Origin: Candidatus Kapaibacterium sp.
GTDB lineage: Bacteria > Bacteroidota > Ignavibacteria > Kapaibacteriales > Kapaibacteriaceae
DNA length: 34,693 bases
Direction of reading: 5' to 3'
Assembly: GCA_025455735.1 (NCBI GenBank)
Contig: JALOMA010000007.1
Span: 1 to 34,693, forward strand
Within the stretch, counting starts at the first letter, position 1, and the number at the start of each line of letters is the position of its first letter. The position numbers were made by a program, and so were the translations under genes. The notes beneath the pieces were generated by a model that was not told where the DNA came from, did not search any database, and saw only the letters and a list, made by a program, of their open reading frames with translations. Positions 1 through 9,978 of this stretch are shown one piece after another.

Positions 1-951
1 TTGGTTGGTATCAGCGCACATCTCTTGGGATCGCTGCTTGTTGGCTATGCCTTGTATGGGTTGAACGTCCTGCTCTTCCGCATCCTGGACCAATACGTCC
101 CCTTCCTTGAGAACCCTCGGCGGCGCCTGGCAACACAATTCCTATTGGCCATGTTCGGGAATATTTCCACGCTGGCCGTTGTCACGAAGCTCTTCCATTG
201 GGCGATCGGCATACCGATTACGGCATTCCTGACGCGGCAAGGCGTCGTGGTAGCGTTTTTGTTGTCGGGGCTGATCACGGCTGGCTACACGGGGCTGTAT
301 TTCCTGAATAACTGGCTGCGCCAGTTGGAACAGCAGGATGAACTCGAGCGACGGATCATGCAATGGCAGCTTGATGCCTTGCGTGCCCAGTTGGACCCTC
401 ACTTCCTGTTCAATTCGCTCACCACGCTCTCGGCACTCGTGGCCGAAGGCGATGCCACAGCCCAACCCTTCATCGACCATCTTGCCCGCATGTATCGGTA
501 CGTACTCAAGCATCGTCAGCATGACGTCGTCAGCGTAGCGGACGAGCTTGGGTTCCTGCAATCGTATGCCTACCTGTTGCATGCCCGCGTGGACGGTACC
601 GTGGTGCTGGATGTGGATGTGCCCGATGAGTATCACCAATCCGGCCTACCGCCCCTGGCCCTGCAGCTGCTTGTGGAGAACGCCGTCAAGCATAACGCCT
701 ACAGCATGACCCACCCCTTGCGCGTGGAGATACGTGTGGACGGACCGGCCGAAGACGGACACCTCATCGTTCGCAATCAGCGCCGCAGGCGTTACGGCGC
801 CGAAAGGCATGCCTCTACCGGGATGGGCTTGGATAACCTACGGCAGCGCTATCGGCTGCTGGATGGTCGTATGCCCATCATCAGTGAAGATGAAATGAGC
901 TTTACCGTAGCCATTCCGCTTATCCCCCAGCAAAAGGAGTCTCAGGCGTGA
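1..951 (+). CDS. LytS/YehU-family sensor histidine kinase (5' end probably cut by window edge)
   Basis: The ORF runs from nt 1, so its TTG is probably not the true start. It has three N-terminal hydrophobic helices. These are followed by a LytS-type H-box region 'LDPHFLFNSLTTL' and an ATPase N-box 'LLVENAVKHN'. Its stop overlaps the GTG of the downstream LytTR regulator (GTGA). Confidence 0.85.
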   Translation: MVGISAHLLGSLLVGYALYGLNVLLFRILDQYVPFLENPRRRLATQFLLAMFGNISTLAVVTKLFHWAIGIPITAFLTRQGVVVAFLLSGLITAGYTGLYFLNNWLRQLEQQDELERRIMQWQLDALRAQLDPHFLFNSLTTLSALVAEGDATAQPFIDHLARMYRYVLKHRQHDVVSVADELGFLQSYAYLLHARVDGTVVLDVDVPDEYHQSGLPPLALQLLVENAVKHNAYSMTHPLRVEIRVDGPAEDGHLIVRNQRRRRYGAERHASTGMGLDNLRQRYRLLDGRMPIISEDEMSFTVAIPLIPQQKESQA

Positions 952-1718
952 ACATCGTCATCATTGAAGACGAACGGCCCGCACAACGTTGGCTTCACAG
1001 CCGCATCGCCGAAGTACGGCCCGATGCCACCATCGTTGCCACCCTGGCTAGTGTGGAAGAATCCGTTGACTGGTTTAACAACCACGCCAACGACACCATC
1101 GACGTTATCCTTGCCGACATCCGTCTGGGTGATGGAACGACCTTCGACATTTCCGAAGCTGTCCCCCTGCGCTGGCCCGTGGTGTTCACCACGTCGTACG
1201 ATGAATATGCCATTCAGGCCTTTACGCTCAACAGCATCGACTATCTCCTGAAGCCGATTCAGACCGCTGATCTGGCGCGGGCCTTGGACAAGTATCAGGC
1301 ACTCAAGGCAATCTTTGGTGGCGTTGATACCTCTTCCATCCTGGCTGAAGTCCGCAAACTCGTTGAACCCAAGGACGTCTTCCGCGAGCGTCTGCTTGTG
1401 GAAGCCGGGGACCAGCTGGTCAGTATCGCCGTTACCGACATCGCCTTTGCCTATTCCGAAAACAAACTCACGCACGTGGTAACCGTGACTGGGCGCCGCC
1501 ATATCGTTGACGAAACCCTGGATCAGTTGGAACACTCCTTTGACCCACGCCGGTTCTTCCGCGTCAATCGCAAGTACATCGTGCGATTCGACGCCATCCA
1601 AAGTTCTGCTGCCCTCTTTAACGGCACACTTCGGTTGCACGTCAAACCTTCAGCTCCGCACGACGTGACCGTTTCCCGCGAGCGCGTCTCGGGCTTCAAA
1701 CGCTGGCTTGACCGTTGA
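948..1718 (+). CDS. LytTR-family response regulator (REC + LytTR DNA-binding domain)
   Basis: The N-terminal receiver has 'VIIEDE' and 'ILADIRLGDG'. The C-terminal LytTR domain has 'FFRVNRKYIV'. An SD-like AAAGGAG lies 8 nt upstream of the GTG. The gene is translationally coupled to the kinase. Confidence 0.9.
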   Translation: MNIVIIEDERPAQRWLHSRIAEVRPDATIVATLASVEESVDWFNNHANDTIDVILADIRLGDGTTFDISEAVPLRWPVVFTTSYDEYAIQAFTLNSIDYLLKPIQTADLARALDKYQALKAIFGGVDTSSILAEVRKLVEPKDVFRERLLVEAGDQLVSIAVTDIAFAYSENKLTHVVTVTGRRHIVDETLDQLEHSFDPRRFFRVNRKYIVRFDAIQSSAALFNGTLRLHVKPSAPHDVTVSRERVSGFKRWLDR

Positions 1719-1795
1719 TAGCGTTCATTACTAACGCTCGTTAAACTAAACACGGTGAATATCCGTTCTGGCTGACCGGTTCCGATGCAGCATTG

Positions 1796-1803
1796 TAGAT
1801 TTG
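1796..1803 (+). promoter_or_regulatory. Candidate Bacteroidetes-type -7 promoter box TAGATTTG (TAnnTTTG) upstream of the MarR gene
   Basis: This is an exact match to the TAnnTTTG consensus, 35 nt upstream of the ATG at 1838, in a 119-nt intergenic gap. I found no convincing -33 TTTG. Confidence 0.3.
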
Positions 1804-1837
1804 CCAGCATCACCCACGCAGTAATTCCAGGTAAGCC

Positions 1838-2287
1838 ATGAGCAAAAAACGACCGTCACGTCCCGACGTCGATGCCTTCGGTCTTGGCCACGCCATCTGG
1901 CACGTGGCCAATCAATGGGAGAGGGCAATCAACGAGGCCCTTTCGGACCTTGCGATCAACCACATGCAATACGTCATGTTGGCAGCAATCGCCCAGCTAA
2001 GCGAACAGGGCGACCCAATTACCCAGACCCGCGTTTCGAAGGCCAGCAGGGCCGACGTCATGATGACGTCGAAAACCCTGCGCCTCCTTGAAGAACGTGG
2101 ATTGGTCAGCAGGAATGAGCATCCCAAGGACACCCGTGCCCGCAGCGTGGAGCTCACCAAAGAAGGTCAGAACATCATGCGCAAGGGTGCCAAAGCCGTG
2201 CAGAAGGCCGACGAGTCCTTCTTTGGGACGGGGGGCCAGGCGGACAAACTGCGAAAGACCATTCTGGCCATCGCCGACAGCTTATGA
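1838..2287 (+). CDS. MarR-family winged-helix transcriptional regulator
   Basis: 149 aa. The wHTH core is 'ITQTRVSKASRADVMMTSKTLRLLEERGLVSRNEHPKDTRARSVELTKEG', which is typical of MarR. The stop overlaps the nadE ATG (ATGA). Confidence 0.85.
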   Translation: MSKKRPSRPDVDAFGLGHAIWHVANQWERAINEALSDLAINHMQYVMLAAIAQLSEQGDPITQTRVSKASRADVMMTSKTLRLLEERGLVSRNEHPKDTRARSVELTKEGQNIMRKGAKAVQKADESFFGTGGQADKLRKTILAIADSL

Positions 2288-4236
2288 CGCCGCCATCCGC
2301 ACTGCTCCAGTATCGCCGCGTAGCGGCAGTTACGCCCGACGTGGTACCTGCCAACGTTGATGCCAACGTGCAGTGCATCCTCCACGCCGCCCAAGAGGCA
2401 CGGCAGGAAGGTGCCGACATTATCGTGCTTCCGGAGCTGGCCATTACGGGGTATACCTGTGGCGACCTCTTTTCGGCGCCGGTCTTGCTACATGCCGCCC
2501 TGGCGGGACTGGAATCCATCGTAGCGTGGAGTGCTTCCTTGGGCCACGGCCCCCTTATCATAGTGGGGTTGCCACTGCGGTTGGAAAGTTCTGTCTACAA
2601 TGCCGCAGCGGTTGTGACTAGCGGACATGTGGCGGGTATCGTGCTAAAGAGGACCTTACCCGAGGGGCAGGAATACTACGAACAGCGGTGGTTCCGGAGT
2701 GGTGCGGAGTGCACGCAGCAGCACGTTCAGCTCTTTGGTCGGTCCGTCCCCGTTGATACGTATCTCGTATTTGCTGATTCGGCCGATGAACGCTGCCGCG
2801 TGGGCGTGGAGATTTGCGAAGACCTGTGGACGGTGCACCCGGTAAGTAGTTCTCTTGCCTGCGCTGGAGCAACCATTATCGTCAACCCGTCTGCCAGTAA
2901 TGAAACGATCGGCAAGGCCGAATACCGTCGGGCACTCGTGACGCAACAGTCTGCGCGGACGTATTCGGCCTACGTGTATACGTCGGCTGGAAGTGGCGAG
3001 AGTACGACGGATACCGTCTATGGCGGACACCGTCTGATTGCCGAATGTGGCGATCTTCTTGCACAGGATGCTCCCTTGCAGACAGCATCTGGAAGGACCA
3101 TTGCCGATGTCGACCTCGACCGTATCCTTGCCCTACGAATGCAGTCCACGTCCTTCCGGTATGCAAGCGCTCACCCAATCCGCGCCGTATCGGTCACCAT
3201 TGGCCATCAGCCGTTGGATTCCATTCGTCGTCTGGTTCCACGCCATCCCTTCGTACCAGCGGATGTTCACGAGCGGGGACAGCGAGCCCAGGATGTGCTG
3301 CGCATCCAGACGATGGGGTTGGTGACGCGGATGCGTCGTTCTGGTGCCAGCACGATGGTGCTGGGGTTATCGGGGGGGCTGGACTCAACGCTTGCCCTGC
3401 TCGTCTGTGCCGAGGCCTGTGCCGAGCTTCAGTGGCCCACAAGCCGTATTCTGGCCGTATCCATGCCGGGATTTGGCACTACGGACCGCACACGGTCCAA
3501 TGCCGATACCCTGGCACGTGTCCTTGGTGCCCAGCTGCGCACTATTCCCATCGACCAGGCCGTACTCCACCATTTCAACGACATTGGCCATGACGCCTCC
3601 GTCCACGACGTCACGTATGAGAACAGCCAGGCCCGGGAGCGAACACAGATTCTGATGGACCTTGCAAATTCGGTAGGGGGCCTTGTCATCGGTACCGGCG
3701 ACCTAAGCGAGCTAGCGTTGGGATGGTGTACGTACAATGCGGACCAAATGTCGATGTATGGTGTGAACAGTGGAGTTCCCAAAACGCTTGTGCGATACGT
3801 CATCGAACAGTATGCCAAGCGGCACCATGACGTGCATGCCGTGTTGACGGACATCCTCGACACGCCCGTGTCACCCGAGCTCTTGCCACCTGCAGCCGAT
3901 GGCACGATAGCACAGCAGACGGAGGCTGTCCTGGGACCATATGAAGTTCATGATTTTTTCCTGTGGCACTTGATCAGGAACCGAACACGTCCACTGAACG
4001 TAGGTATTCTCGCATTGCATGCATTTCATGGCGTGTACGCCCCGCACGATATGATGCGGTGGTTGGAGACATTCATCCGCCGATTTTTTAGTCAGCAGTT
4101 CAAACGCAGCGCCATGCCCGATGGCGTCAAGATTGGCTCGGTTGCGTTGTCGCCACGAGCAGACTGGCGGATGCCCAGTGACGCATCTGCTGACGTTTGG
4201 CTTGCTGATTGTGCACGGTTACGAAATTTCCTGTAG
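2284..4236 (+). CDS. nadE: Glutamine-dependent NAD+ synthetase (long form: N-terminal nitrilase-like glutaminase domain + synthetase domain)
   Basis: 650 aa. The N-terminal CN-hydrolase domain has 'IIVLPELAITGY' and 'GVEICEDLW'. The C-terminal N-type ATP-pyrophosphatase P-loop is 'LGLSGGLDSTLAL'. Confidence 0.92.
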   Translation: MTPPSALLQYRRVAAVTPDVVPANVDANVQCILHAAQEARQEGADIIVLPELAITGYTCGDLFSAPVLLHAALAGLESIVAWSASLGHGPLIIVGLPLRLESSVYNAAAVVTSGHVAGIVLKRTLPEGQEYYEQRWFRSGAECTQQHVQLFGRSVPVDTYLVFADSADERCRVGVEICEDLWTVHPVSSSLACAGATIIVNPSASNETIGKAEYRRALVTQQSARTYSAYVYTSAGSGESTTDTVYGGHRLIAECGDLLAQDAPLQTASGRTIADVDLDRILALRMQSTSFRYASAHPIRAVSVTIGHQPLDSIRRLVPRHPFVPADVHERGQRAQDVLRIQTMGLVTRMRRSGASTMVLGLSGGLDSTLALLVCAEACAELQWPTSRILAVSMPGFGTTDRTRSNADTLARVLGAQLRTIPIDQAVLHHFNDIGHDASVHDVTYENSQARERTQILMDLANSVGGLVIGTGDLSELALGWCTYNADQMSMYGVNSGVPKTLVRYVIEQYAKRHHDVHAVLTDILDTPVSPELLPPAADGTIAQQTEAVLGPYEVHDFFLWHLIRNRTRPLNVGILALHAFHGVYAPHDMMRWLETFIRRFFSQQFKRSAMPDGVKIGSVALSPRADWRMPSDASADVWLADCARLRNFL

Positions 4237-4321
4237 TGCGTTTCTGCCCAGCACGGTGGTGTACGCGTGCATTTCGTATTTTCGGAACATACCGTCGAGA
4301 TAAGGGAACAGACGCCAGCGC

Positions 4322-5008
4322 ATGAGTTACGATTCGTACCATAAGACCGGTGCCCCAATAAGGGTCATCATCGCCGACGATCATGAAATCTCGAGGATTG
4401 GCATTCGCCGCCTTCTCTCCGGATCTCACGATATTGAGATCATTGCCGAAGCCGTCCATGGCGGCCAGGCATTGGATCTGGCACGTTCACTAAAACCAAA
4501 CGTTGTTCTTCTGGATGTGCAGATGCCCACAATGACGGGCATCGAAGCGGCACAGAAGATCAAGGCGGAAGCACCTGACGTTTACGTCATCATGCTGAGC
4601 TCTTCCGATGATGAAAAGCAGGTTGAGCGTGCCTTGTTCGCTGGTGCCGACGGTTACCTCAGCAAAGAAGTAGGTGGGCAGGAACTCGCGGAGAGTATTC
4701 GCACGGTAACATTGGGTGAACGCGTGTTCTCGCGTACCATCATTAACCAGCTGGAGGGTAAGGCCCAAGCGCAGGCGGACAATCAGCCGCCAATATCCCT
4801 TACCAAACGGGAAGAAGAAATTGTCGCCCTCGTGGCCAAAGGGCTTACCAGCCAGGATATTGCCAAGAAGCTCTTTATTTCGCCACGGACGGTAGAAACC
4901 CACCGCGCACGCATCATGGACAAGCTTGGCGTCAATAACGCTGCTGGTTTGGTGCGCTTTGCTCTCCTGCACTCGACGTATTTCGACCTTCGCACGAATA
5001 ACGAGTAA
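4322..5008 (+). CDS. NarL/FixJ (LuxR-type) response regulator with no adjacent kinase
   Basis: The REC domain has 'RVIIADDHE' and 'VLLDVQMP'. The C-terminal GerE/LuxR HTH is 'LTKREEEIVALVAKGLTSQDIAKKLFISPRTVETHR'. Confidence 0.9.
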   Translation: MSYDSYHKTGAPIRVIIADDHEISRIGIRRLLSGSHDIEIIAEAVHGGQALDLARSLKPNVVLLDVQMPTMTGIEAAQKIKAEAPDVYVIMLSSSDDEKQVERALFAGADGYLSKEVGGQELAESIRTVTLGERVFSRTIINQLEGKAQAQADNQPPISLTKREEEIVALVAKGLTSQDIAKKLFISPRTVETHRARIMDKLGVNNAAGLVRFALLHSTYFDLRTNNE

Positions 5009-5043
5009 GATTCGTCGGGTGGACGCACGCTTTTCCTCCTCCC

Positions 5044-5943
5044 ATGTCCACACCTGCCGCACCACACAAACCCGACGTCATTGCCCGCCTCGGCACGCTT
5101 GAGCTGCGTGCGCGTAAGGTCGTGGAAGGATTTATTACCGGGTTGCACCGATCGCCCTTTCATGGATTCTCTGCCGAGTTCTCGGAGCATCGCCAATACC
5201 GCATGGGCGATGAGCTCAAGCATATTGACTGGCGCATCTTTGGACGTACGGACAGATTCTACGTCAAACAATTCGAGGACGAAACAAATCTTCGATGCAC
5301 GGTTGTCGTTGACTCCTCAGCATCAATGTCGTATGCTTCCAATGGCAACGTCAGCAAGTTCCATTACGCAACAACGTTGGCTGCATGTATCATGTATGTG
5401 ATGCTTCGGCAGCGAGACGCGGCTGGCCTTGCCGTCTATGACACGTCCTTACACACCTACCTTCCTGCACGGTCGCGATTGTCATGGGTGCAACAGCTAC
5501 TGTCAACACTTGCAACCGTGGAACCATCCAAGGGAACGGCTACGGCGGAAGCCCTCCACGTTCTGGCAGAACAGCTGGGGCGCCGTGGAATGGTGGTATT
5601 GATCAGCGATCTCTTTGACGATCCCCTGCGCATCCTGCAAGCTCTCCAGCATTTCCGTCATAACAAGCACGATGTGCTTGTCATGCATGTTGTGGACCGT
5701 CGGGAAATCGACTTCGATTTTCCTACCGCATCGGTGTTCCGCGATATCGAAACTGGTGAAGAACTCTCAACGCAACCCGCCCAGATAAAACGGAGTTATC
5801 GGCAGGCCATGGATGAATTCTGTGCTGCCATACGAAAAGGGTGCCATGACCAGAACGTCGACTACGTGCGTATCGCTACTGATACGCCCTACGACGTGGC
5901 ATTGCGGGAGTATTTATTGTCGCGCCGCTCTATCCGCGGTTGA
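5044..5943 (+). CDS. DUF58 domain protein (vWA-like, usually partnered with a MoxR ATPase)
   Basis: The DUF58 signature 'HRQYRMGDELKHIDWRIFGRTDRFYVKQFEDE' is present, followed by a vWA-like 'VVVDSSASM'. No MoxR gene is in this window. Confidence 0.85.
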   Translation: MSTPAAPHKPDVIARLGTLELRARKVVEGFITGLHRSPFHGFSAEFSEHRQYRMGDELKHIDWRIFGRTDRFYVKQFEDETNLRCTVVVDSSASMSYASNGNVSKFHYATTLAACIMYVMLRQRDAAGLAVYDTSLHTYLPARSRLSWVQQLLSTLATVEPSKGTATAEALHVLAEQLGRRGMVVLISDLFDDPLRILQALQHFRHNKHDVLVMHVVDRREIDFDFPTASVFRDIETGEELSTQPAQIKRSYRQAMDEFCAAIRKGCHDQNVDYVRIATDTPYDVALREYLLSRRSIRG

Positions 5944-5949
5944 TGTATT

Positions 5950-6843
5950 GTGAGTATTATCATGAAGCCATTCGGACTATTTACAGCCGTTGTTACACCA
6001 ATGCGCCCGGACGGTTCCGTGGACGTGGATTGTTTTCGCACGCTGTTGGAACATCAGGTTGCTGCCGGTGTGGACGGTGTGGTCGTCTGTGGATCTACAG
6101 GCGAAGGTGCCACGCTTCGGACCGACGAGAAGCTGCATCTCTTCGATATTGCTCTCCAGACATTCGGTTCGCACGGTACCGTCATAGCAGGTACCGGAAG
6201 CAACGACACGGCCTCTACCATCGCCCTCAGCCGTCAAGCGGCTGGTCTGGGAGTACACGGTCTGCTGCTTGTAACACCGTACTACAACAAGCCTACACAG
6301 CAGGGTATTGTTGCCCATCATCGCGCCGTTGCCGACGCTGTTGATGTTCCCCAGATCCTCTACAATGTTCCTGGCCGTACTGGAACCAACATGACGGCCG
6401 AGACGCAACTGGCGATTGCTTCTGCATGCCCGAATGTCGTGGCCACGAAAGAAGCATCGGCAAATCTCGAGCAGATTTCCGATATCGCAGGCCAAGCCCC
6501 CGAACACTTTTCCGTGCTTGCCGGTGATGATTCATTGGCACTGCCATCCATTGCCTGTGGCGCCCGCGGCGTGATCGCTGTGATCTCCAACTATGCACCT
6601 GTGCGTTATCGGCGACTGATCCATGCCGCGTTGCAGGGCGACCTTGCGACTGCACGTTCTGAGCAAGCTCATCTTATGCCGTGGTTTAAGGCAAATTTCT
6701 TGGAGTCCAATCCAGGCCCCGTCAAGTATATCATGCATCGGCTCCATGGCAGCGAGCTCACAATGCGCTTGCCAATGGTTCCCGTTGGAGGGTCCACACG
6801 GGCTGCATTGGACGCCATGCTTCAGGGCTTTGCGGACGCATGA
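5950..6843 (+). CDS. dapA: 4-hydroxy-tetrahydrodipicolinate synthase
   Basis: Motifs seen: 'TAVVTPM..DGSVD', 'VCGSTGEGATL', 'TPYYNKP' and the Schiff-base lysine context 'VATKEAS'. The ORF track starts at GTG 5950. ATG 5962 (MKPFGLF...) is an equally plausible start. Confidence 0.92.
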   Translation: MSIIMKPFGLFTAVVTPMRPDGSVDVDCFRTLLEHQVAAGVDGVVVCGSTGEGATLRTDEKLHLFDIALQTFGSHGTVIAGTGSNDTASTIALSRQAAGLGVHGLLLVTPYYNKPTQQGIVAHHRAVADAVDVPQILYNVPGRTGTNMTAETQLAIASACPNVVATKEASANLEQISDIAGQAPEHFSVLAGDDSLALPSIACGARGVIAVISNYAPVRYRRLIHAALQGDLATARSEQAHLMPWFKANFLESNPGPVKYIMHRLHGSELTMRLPMVPVGGSTRAALDAMLQGFADA

Positions 6844-7643
6844 TGCGAGGAACGACAGCGCTGCCGCGCCTGATGGGCGTTGTAAATGTTACGCCCGATT
6901 CTTTCTCCGACGGCGGTCAATGGTATGGCACCACAGATGCCGTTGAGCATGCACTTCGGCTTTTGGATGAAGGGGCTGATATCGTTGACGTGGGAGGCGA
7001 GAGTACGCGGCCAGGTGCCAGCCCAGTAGATGCCACGGAAGAACTGGCGCGTACCATACCCGTCATTCGCGGCATTCGAGCTGCGAGACCATCTGCCGTC
7101 ATTAGTATCGATACATCAAAATCGCGAGTTGCTCACGCCGCAGTCGAGGCTGGTGCGTCAATCGTTAATGACGTCACGGCAGGCACCCACGATAAAACAA
7201 TGCTCTCAATGGTAGCCTCACTTGGCGTGCCTTACATCGCCATGCACATGCGTGGACAACCAAGAACGATGCAGGAACGTCCCCACTACAACGATGTTGT
7301 TGCAGAGGTCCAGGCTTTTTTGGCTGAGCGCCTTAGCGCAGCACGCGAGGCAGGTATTCAAGACGTATGGTTGGACCCTGGCATCGGTTTTGGAAAGACG
7401 CTGGAGCACAATCTTTCGCTCTTGCGCTCACTTCCGACCTTTGTGGCGATGGCTCCCGTCGTGCTGGGGATTTCTCGTAAGCGTTTTCTTGGCGCATTGA
7501 CGGGAATCGAAGATGCAGCCCAACGCGACGCCGCAACCATGATGACTCATGCATTGCTCCTACATCATGGATGCGCCGTCATCCGTGTACACAATGTCGC
7601 CATGGCGCGGGGTCTTTTAGACATTGCCCACCACATCGCTTGA
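6840..7643 (+). CDS. folP: Dihydropteroate synthase
   Basis: The classic motif 'MGVVNVTPDSFSDGG' is present, along with 'DVGGESTRPG' and 'DPGIGFGK'. The ATG overlaps the dapA stop (ATGA). Confidence 0.92.
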   Translation: MMRGTTALPRLMGVVNVTPDSFSDGGQWYGTTDAVEHALRLLDEGADIVDVGGESTRPGASPVDATEELARTIPVIRGIRAARPSAVISIDTSKSRVAHAAVEAGASIVNDVTAGTHDKTMLSMVASLGVPYIAMHMRGQPRTMQERPHYNDVVAEVQAFLAERLSAAREAGIQDVWLDPGIGFGKTLEHNLSLLRSLPTFVAMAPVVLGISRKRFLGALTGIEDAAQRDAATMMTHALLLHHGCAVIRVHNVAMARGLLDIAHHIA

Positions 7644-7679
7644 CTATTGGGGATTCAGCCATCACAATTTTGGCCGTAG

Positions 7680-9884
7680 CTAGCGCTGAATCGATATCGG
7701 GATGGACTGGCGGGTGATGCCGGACGCCACCTGAAGTGTGTACCAGCCAGGCGCGAGCGACCCAACGTCTATGGGCGCGTCGAGGAGTACGCCACCACGT
7801 ACTTCATGCTGGATGGTGATATGCTGTTGGCCCAGGGCATCCATGATGGTGAACGTTGCTGGCCCATCGGTTGAAACCATACAGCGTACCACGATGTAGT
7901 CAATGGCAGGATTGGGCCGCACTGAGAGCGTTGCCAATGGTTCTGGTAGGGGGAAGCCAGCTTCGGTTTCGGAGGGTTGTTCACCCGAACGGCGACCCTG
8001 AAGATACGCTTGCGAGGCGCAGAATGCCTCAATCCGAGGGCGACCAACCGGTGCACCTGCAGCGGCGCATTCTGCTGACACTCCTGCATGCGCAACACGG
8101 TGTCGTTCGGACGCCCCGACAGGTACCACCTGAACAGGATAACGGGCAACAAAGAGCACGTTGTGGACGTCGGCCGGTTTGTCACGAATCACTAAACGTG
8201 CAACGATGCGAATCGTGGCTCGCAAGCCAGATAGCGATGGAAAGCTGCCCACGGTACCGGATGCTACGGGCCCCCACAATGTGCGGGAAAATGAAGCGGT
8301 GACGTTGGGAAGGCATCCAATCGGCACGTAGCGCGTACGAATCATACGATCGCTGACGATCTCCACATCTGGGTTCCCGGCCAACAACGTTGAACCTTCC
8401 CCAATAAGGGGAGTATCACTTTCAAGCACCAATGCCGCCTGAACGTCCACGTGTGCAGGATCAAAACCTGCTGCGACGTTCACAGCGAATTCCGGGACGT
8501 TCTCCACTCTCAGCATTACCGTGTCCGTGGCAGGTGCTACTGCGTTCGATGTCCGGAATGCAAGAACGGTTGGTGTGGTTAGCAGATTAAAGATGCCAAG
8601 CGGCTCGTTGTAGTACGGATAAACATCCGGAGATTCTTCTGGCCGATCATGAAACGACCCCGGCACATGCACGGAGACTTCTCTCGGTGTGCTGGCAATC
8701 GAGTATGTTGACACATACTCATCGCTGCTTGTGATGGCCATCGGCTCGCTCAACCACTCCTGCCGATTCTTTTGGCGAACTCCCATCGCAGTCAAGTAGG
8801 CCATGTTTTCGACGGCACCCGTCACATAAGGATCGTCAGCTAGCGGGGTTTCAAGAAAGCCAGGCCGTTGCATACGTCTTGTCACGCTATCCAATGCGAT
8901 GGTACGCTGGTTCCAACCTTCGGAGAAACGGAGTTGCAGATCAGCTGGAAGGCTGGAATCGACCTGCCGAGCACGCGTGAAGGTTCCCCGTGCAATGGTT
9001 CGAAGGTGCAACGGTGACTGGAACGACCATGTTGCAAGAGAAGGGGCGTTCGCCATAGGCCGCGTACCAAGGGCGACATTCGCTTCATGGCTGATCTCCA
9101 GTCGGTCGGATGAATACGGTGAATAGACCTGCTCCCATCCCGTCGTCGTTCGGAAAATACTGGGTTCGTCGACATAGTCGAGGCCAATGGAAAAGGTAGC
9201 AGCAGAAATACACGTGCATGGATCGTACATCATCGGAAAGTCAGCATAGAGCCATTGCGGCCTGGACCAGTAAAAAGCCGATATGCGCGCAAAGAAAGGC
9301 TCGGGCACAAACCTGTCCAACGGCCTTACGGGCTCGCTGCGTGTCGACGTAGCAAGATCCAACGTCGAAGGTGTGATGCTGCCTGGAGGCATGTTGAATC
9401 GAACCCACAACCGCAAACGATCCGCCGCAGGGAAGTTCCTGTCGCCCGTGTCGAAGTAGAAGAACACGCGCAATACTGCCGTGTAGCGATTGTATAGGAT
9501 GAGAACAGGAACGTTGATGGAAGAAACGAATGGCGCGGTTGGGCTATCAAATGGAATGCCCATTTCTTGTTTCACAAGTTCCCAGCCATGCTCGGCGGCA
9601 CGATGTGTGCTGAAAACAAAATCCGACGTGCCATAGTCGAAGAAAGGGCTTCGAACAGTGCTGTCGCGCAAAAAGTCTACCTTAAGCCGATAGTGATCAC
9701 TCATCCAATCAAAGAGCACGGGGTCGATGTTACGTTTTGCAGGAAACTCCGGATTGGAGGCTCGTGCTGGATCGGTGCTGATGGCTTTGTCGTCATAGCA
9801 CACCGACTGTGCCGAACCACCGATACTCGTTCCGATAAAAAGCAGGAGAGTCAGTAGCAATCGTATGAGGGAGGGGGGCATCAT
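7680..9884 (-). CDS. Secreted protein of unknown function with a T9SS (Por) type-A C-terminal sorting domain
   Basis: I trimmed the start to the tandem Met at 9884 because a signal peptide follows directly: 'MMPPSLIRLLLTLLLFIGTSIGGSAQS'. The C-terminal ~85 aa resemble the T9SS CTD: 'LSVRPNPAIDYIVVRC...FTIMDALGQQ...LAPGWYTLQVASG...IPISIQR'. I recognise no domain in the ~640 aa between them. Confidence 0.7.
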   Translation of the reverse strand: MMPPSLIRLLLTLLLFIGTSIGGSAQSVCYDDKAISTDPARASNPEFPAKRNIDPVLFDWMSDHYRLKVDFLRDSTVRSPFFDYGTSDFVFSTHRAAEHGWELVKQEMGIPFDSPTAPFVSSINVPVLILYNRYTAVLRVFFYFDTGDRNFPAADRLRLWVRFNMPPGSITPSTLDLATSTRSEPVRPLDRFVPEPFFARISAFYWSRPQWLYADFPMMYDPCTCISAATFSIGLDYVDEPSIFRTTTGWEQVYSPYSSDRLEISHEANVALGTRPMANAPSLATWSFQSPLHLRTIARGTFTRARQVDSSLPADLQLRFSEGWNQRTIALDSVTRRMQRPGFLETPLADDPYVTGAVENMAYLTAMGVRQKNRQEWLSEPMAITSSDEYVSTYSIASTPREVSVHVPGSFHDRPEESPDVYPYYNEPLGIFNLLTTPTVLAFRTSNAVAPATDTVMLRVENVPEFAVNVAAGFDPAHVDVQAALVLESDTPLIGEGSTLLAGNPDVEIVSDRMIRTRYVPIGCLPNVTASFSRTLWGPVASGTVGSFPSLSGLRATIRIVARLVIRDKPADVHNVLFVARYPVQVVPVGASERHRVAHAGVSAECAAAGAPVGRPRIEAFCASQAYLQGRRSGEQPSETEAGFPLPEPLATLSVRPNPAIDYIVVRCMVSTDGPATFTIMDALGQQHITIQHEVRGGVLLDAPIDVGSLAPGWYTLQVASGITRQSIPISIQR

Positions 9885-9978
9885 GGTATCGAGGCGCGAG
9901 GAAAGGTTTGAAAAAACCGCTGTACAACCTATTGTGAACGACAACACTGGAAACCGAAGGCAATGTATGGGATTTTAC

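Noticed and set aside
942-1640. Long ORFs antisense to, or out of frame with, real genes. Examples are 942-1640(-), 4490-5065(-), 12299-12901(-), 14572-15291(+), 16924-17643(+) and 21464-22222(+).
   Set aside because: Each lies entirely within a gene that has clear family motifs on the other strand or frame. Their translations are low-complexity and Arg/Ser/Ala/Gly-rich, as expected for shadow ORFs in GC-rich DNA, and I recognised no motifs in them.
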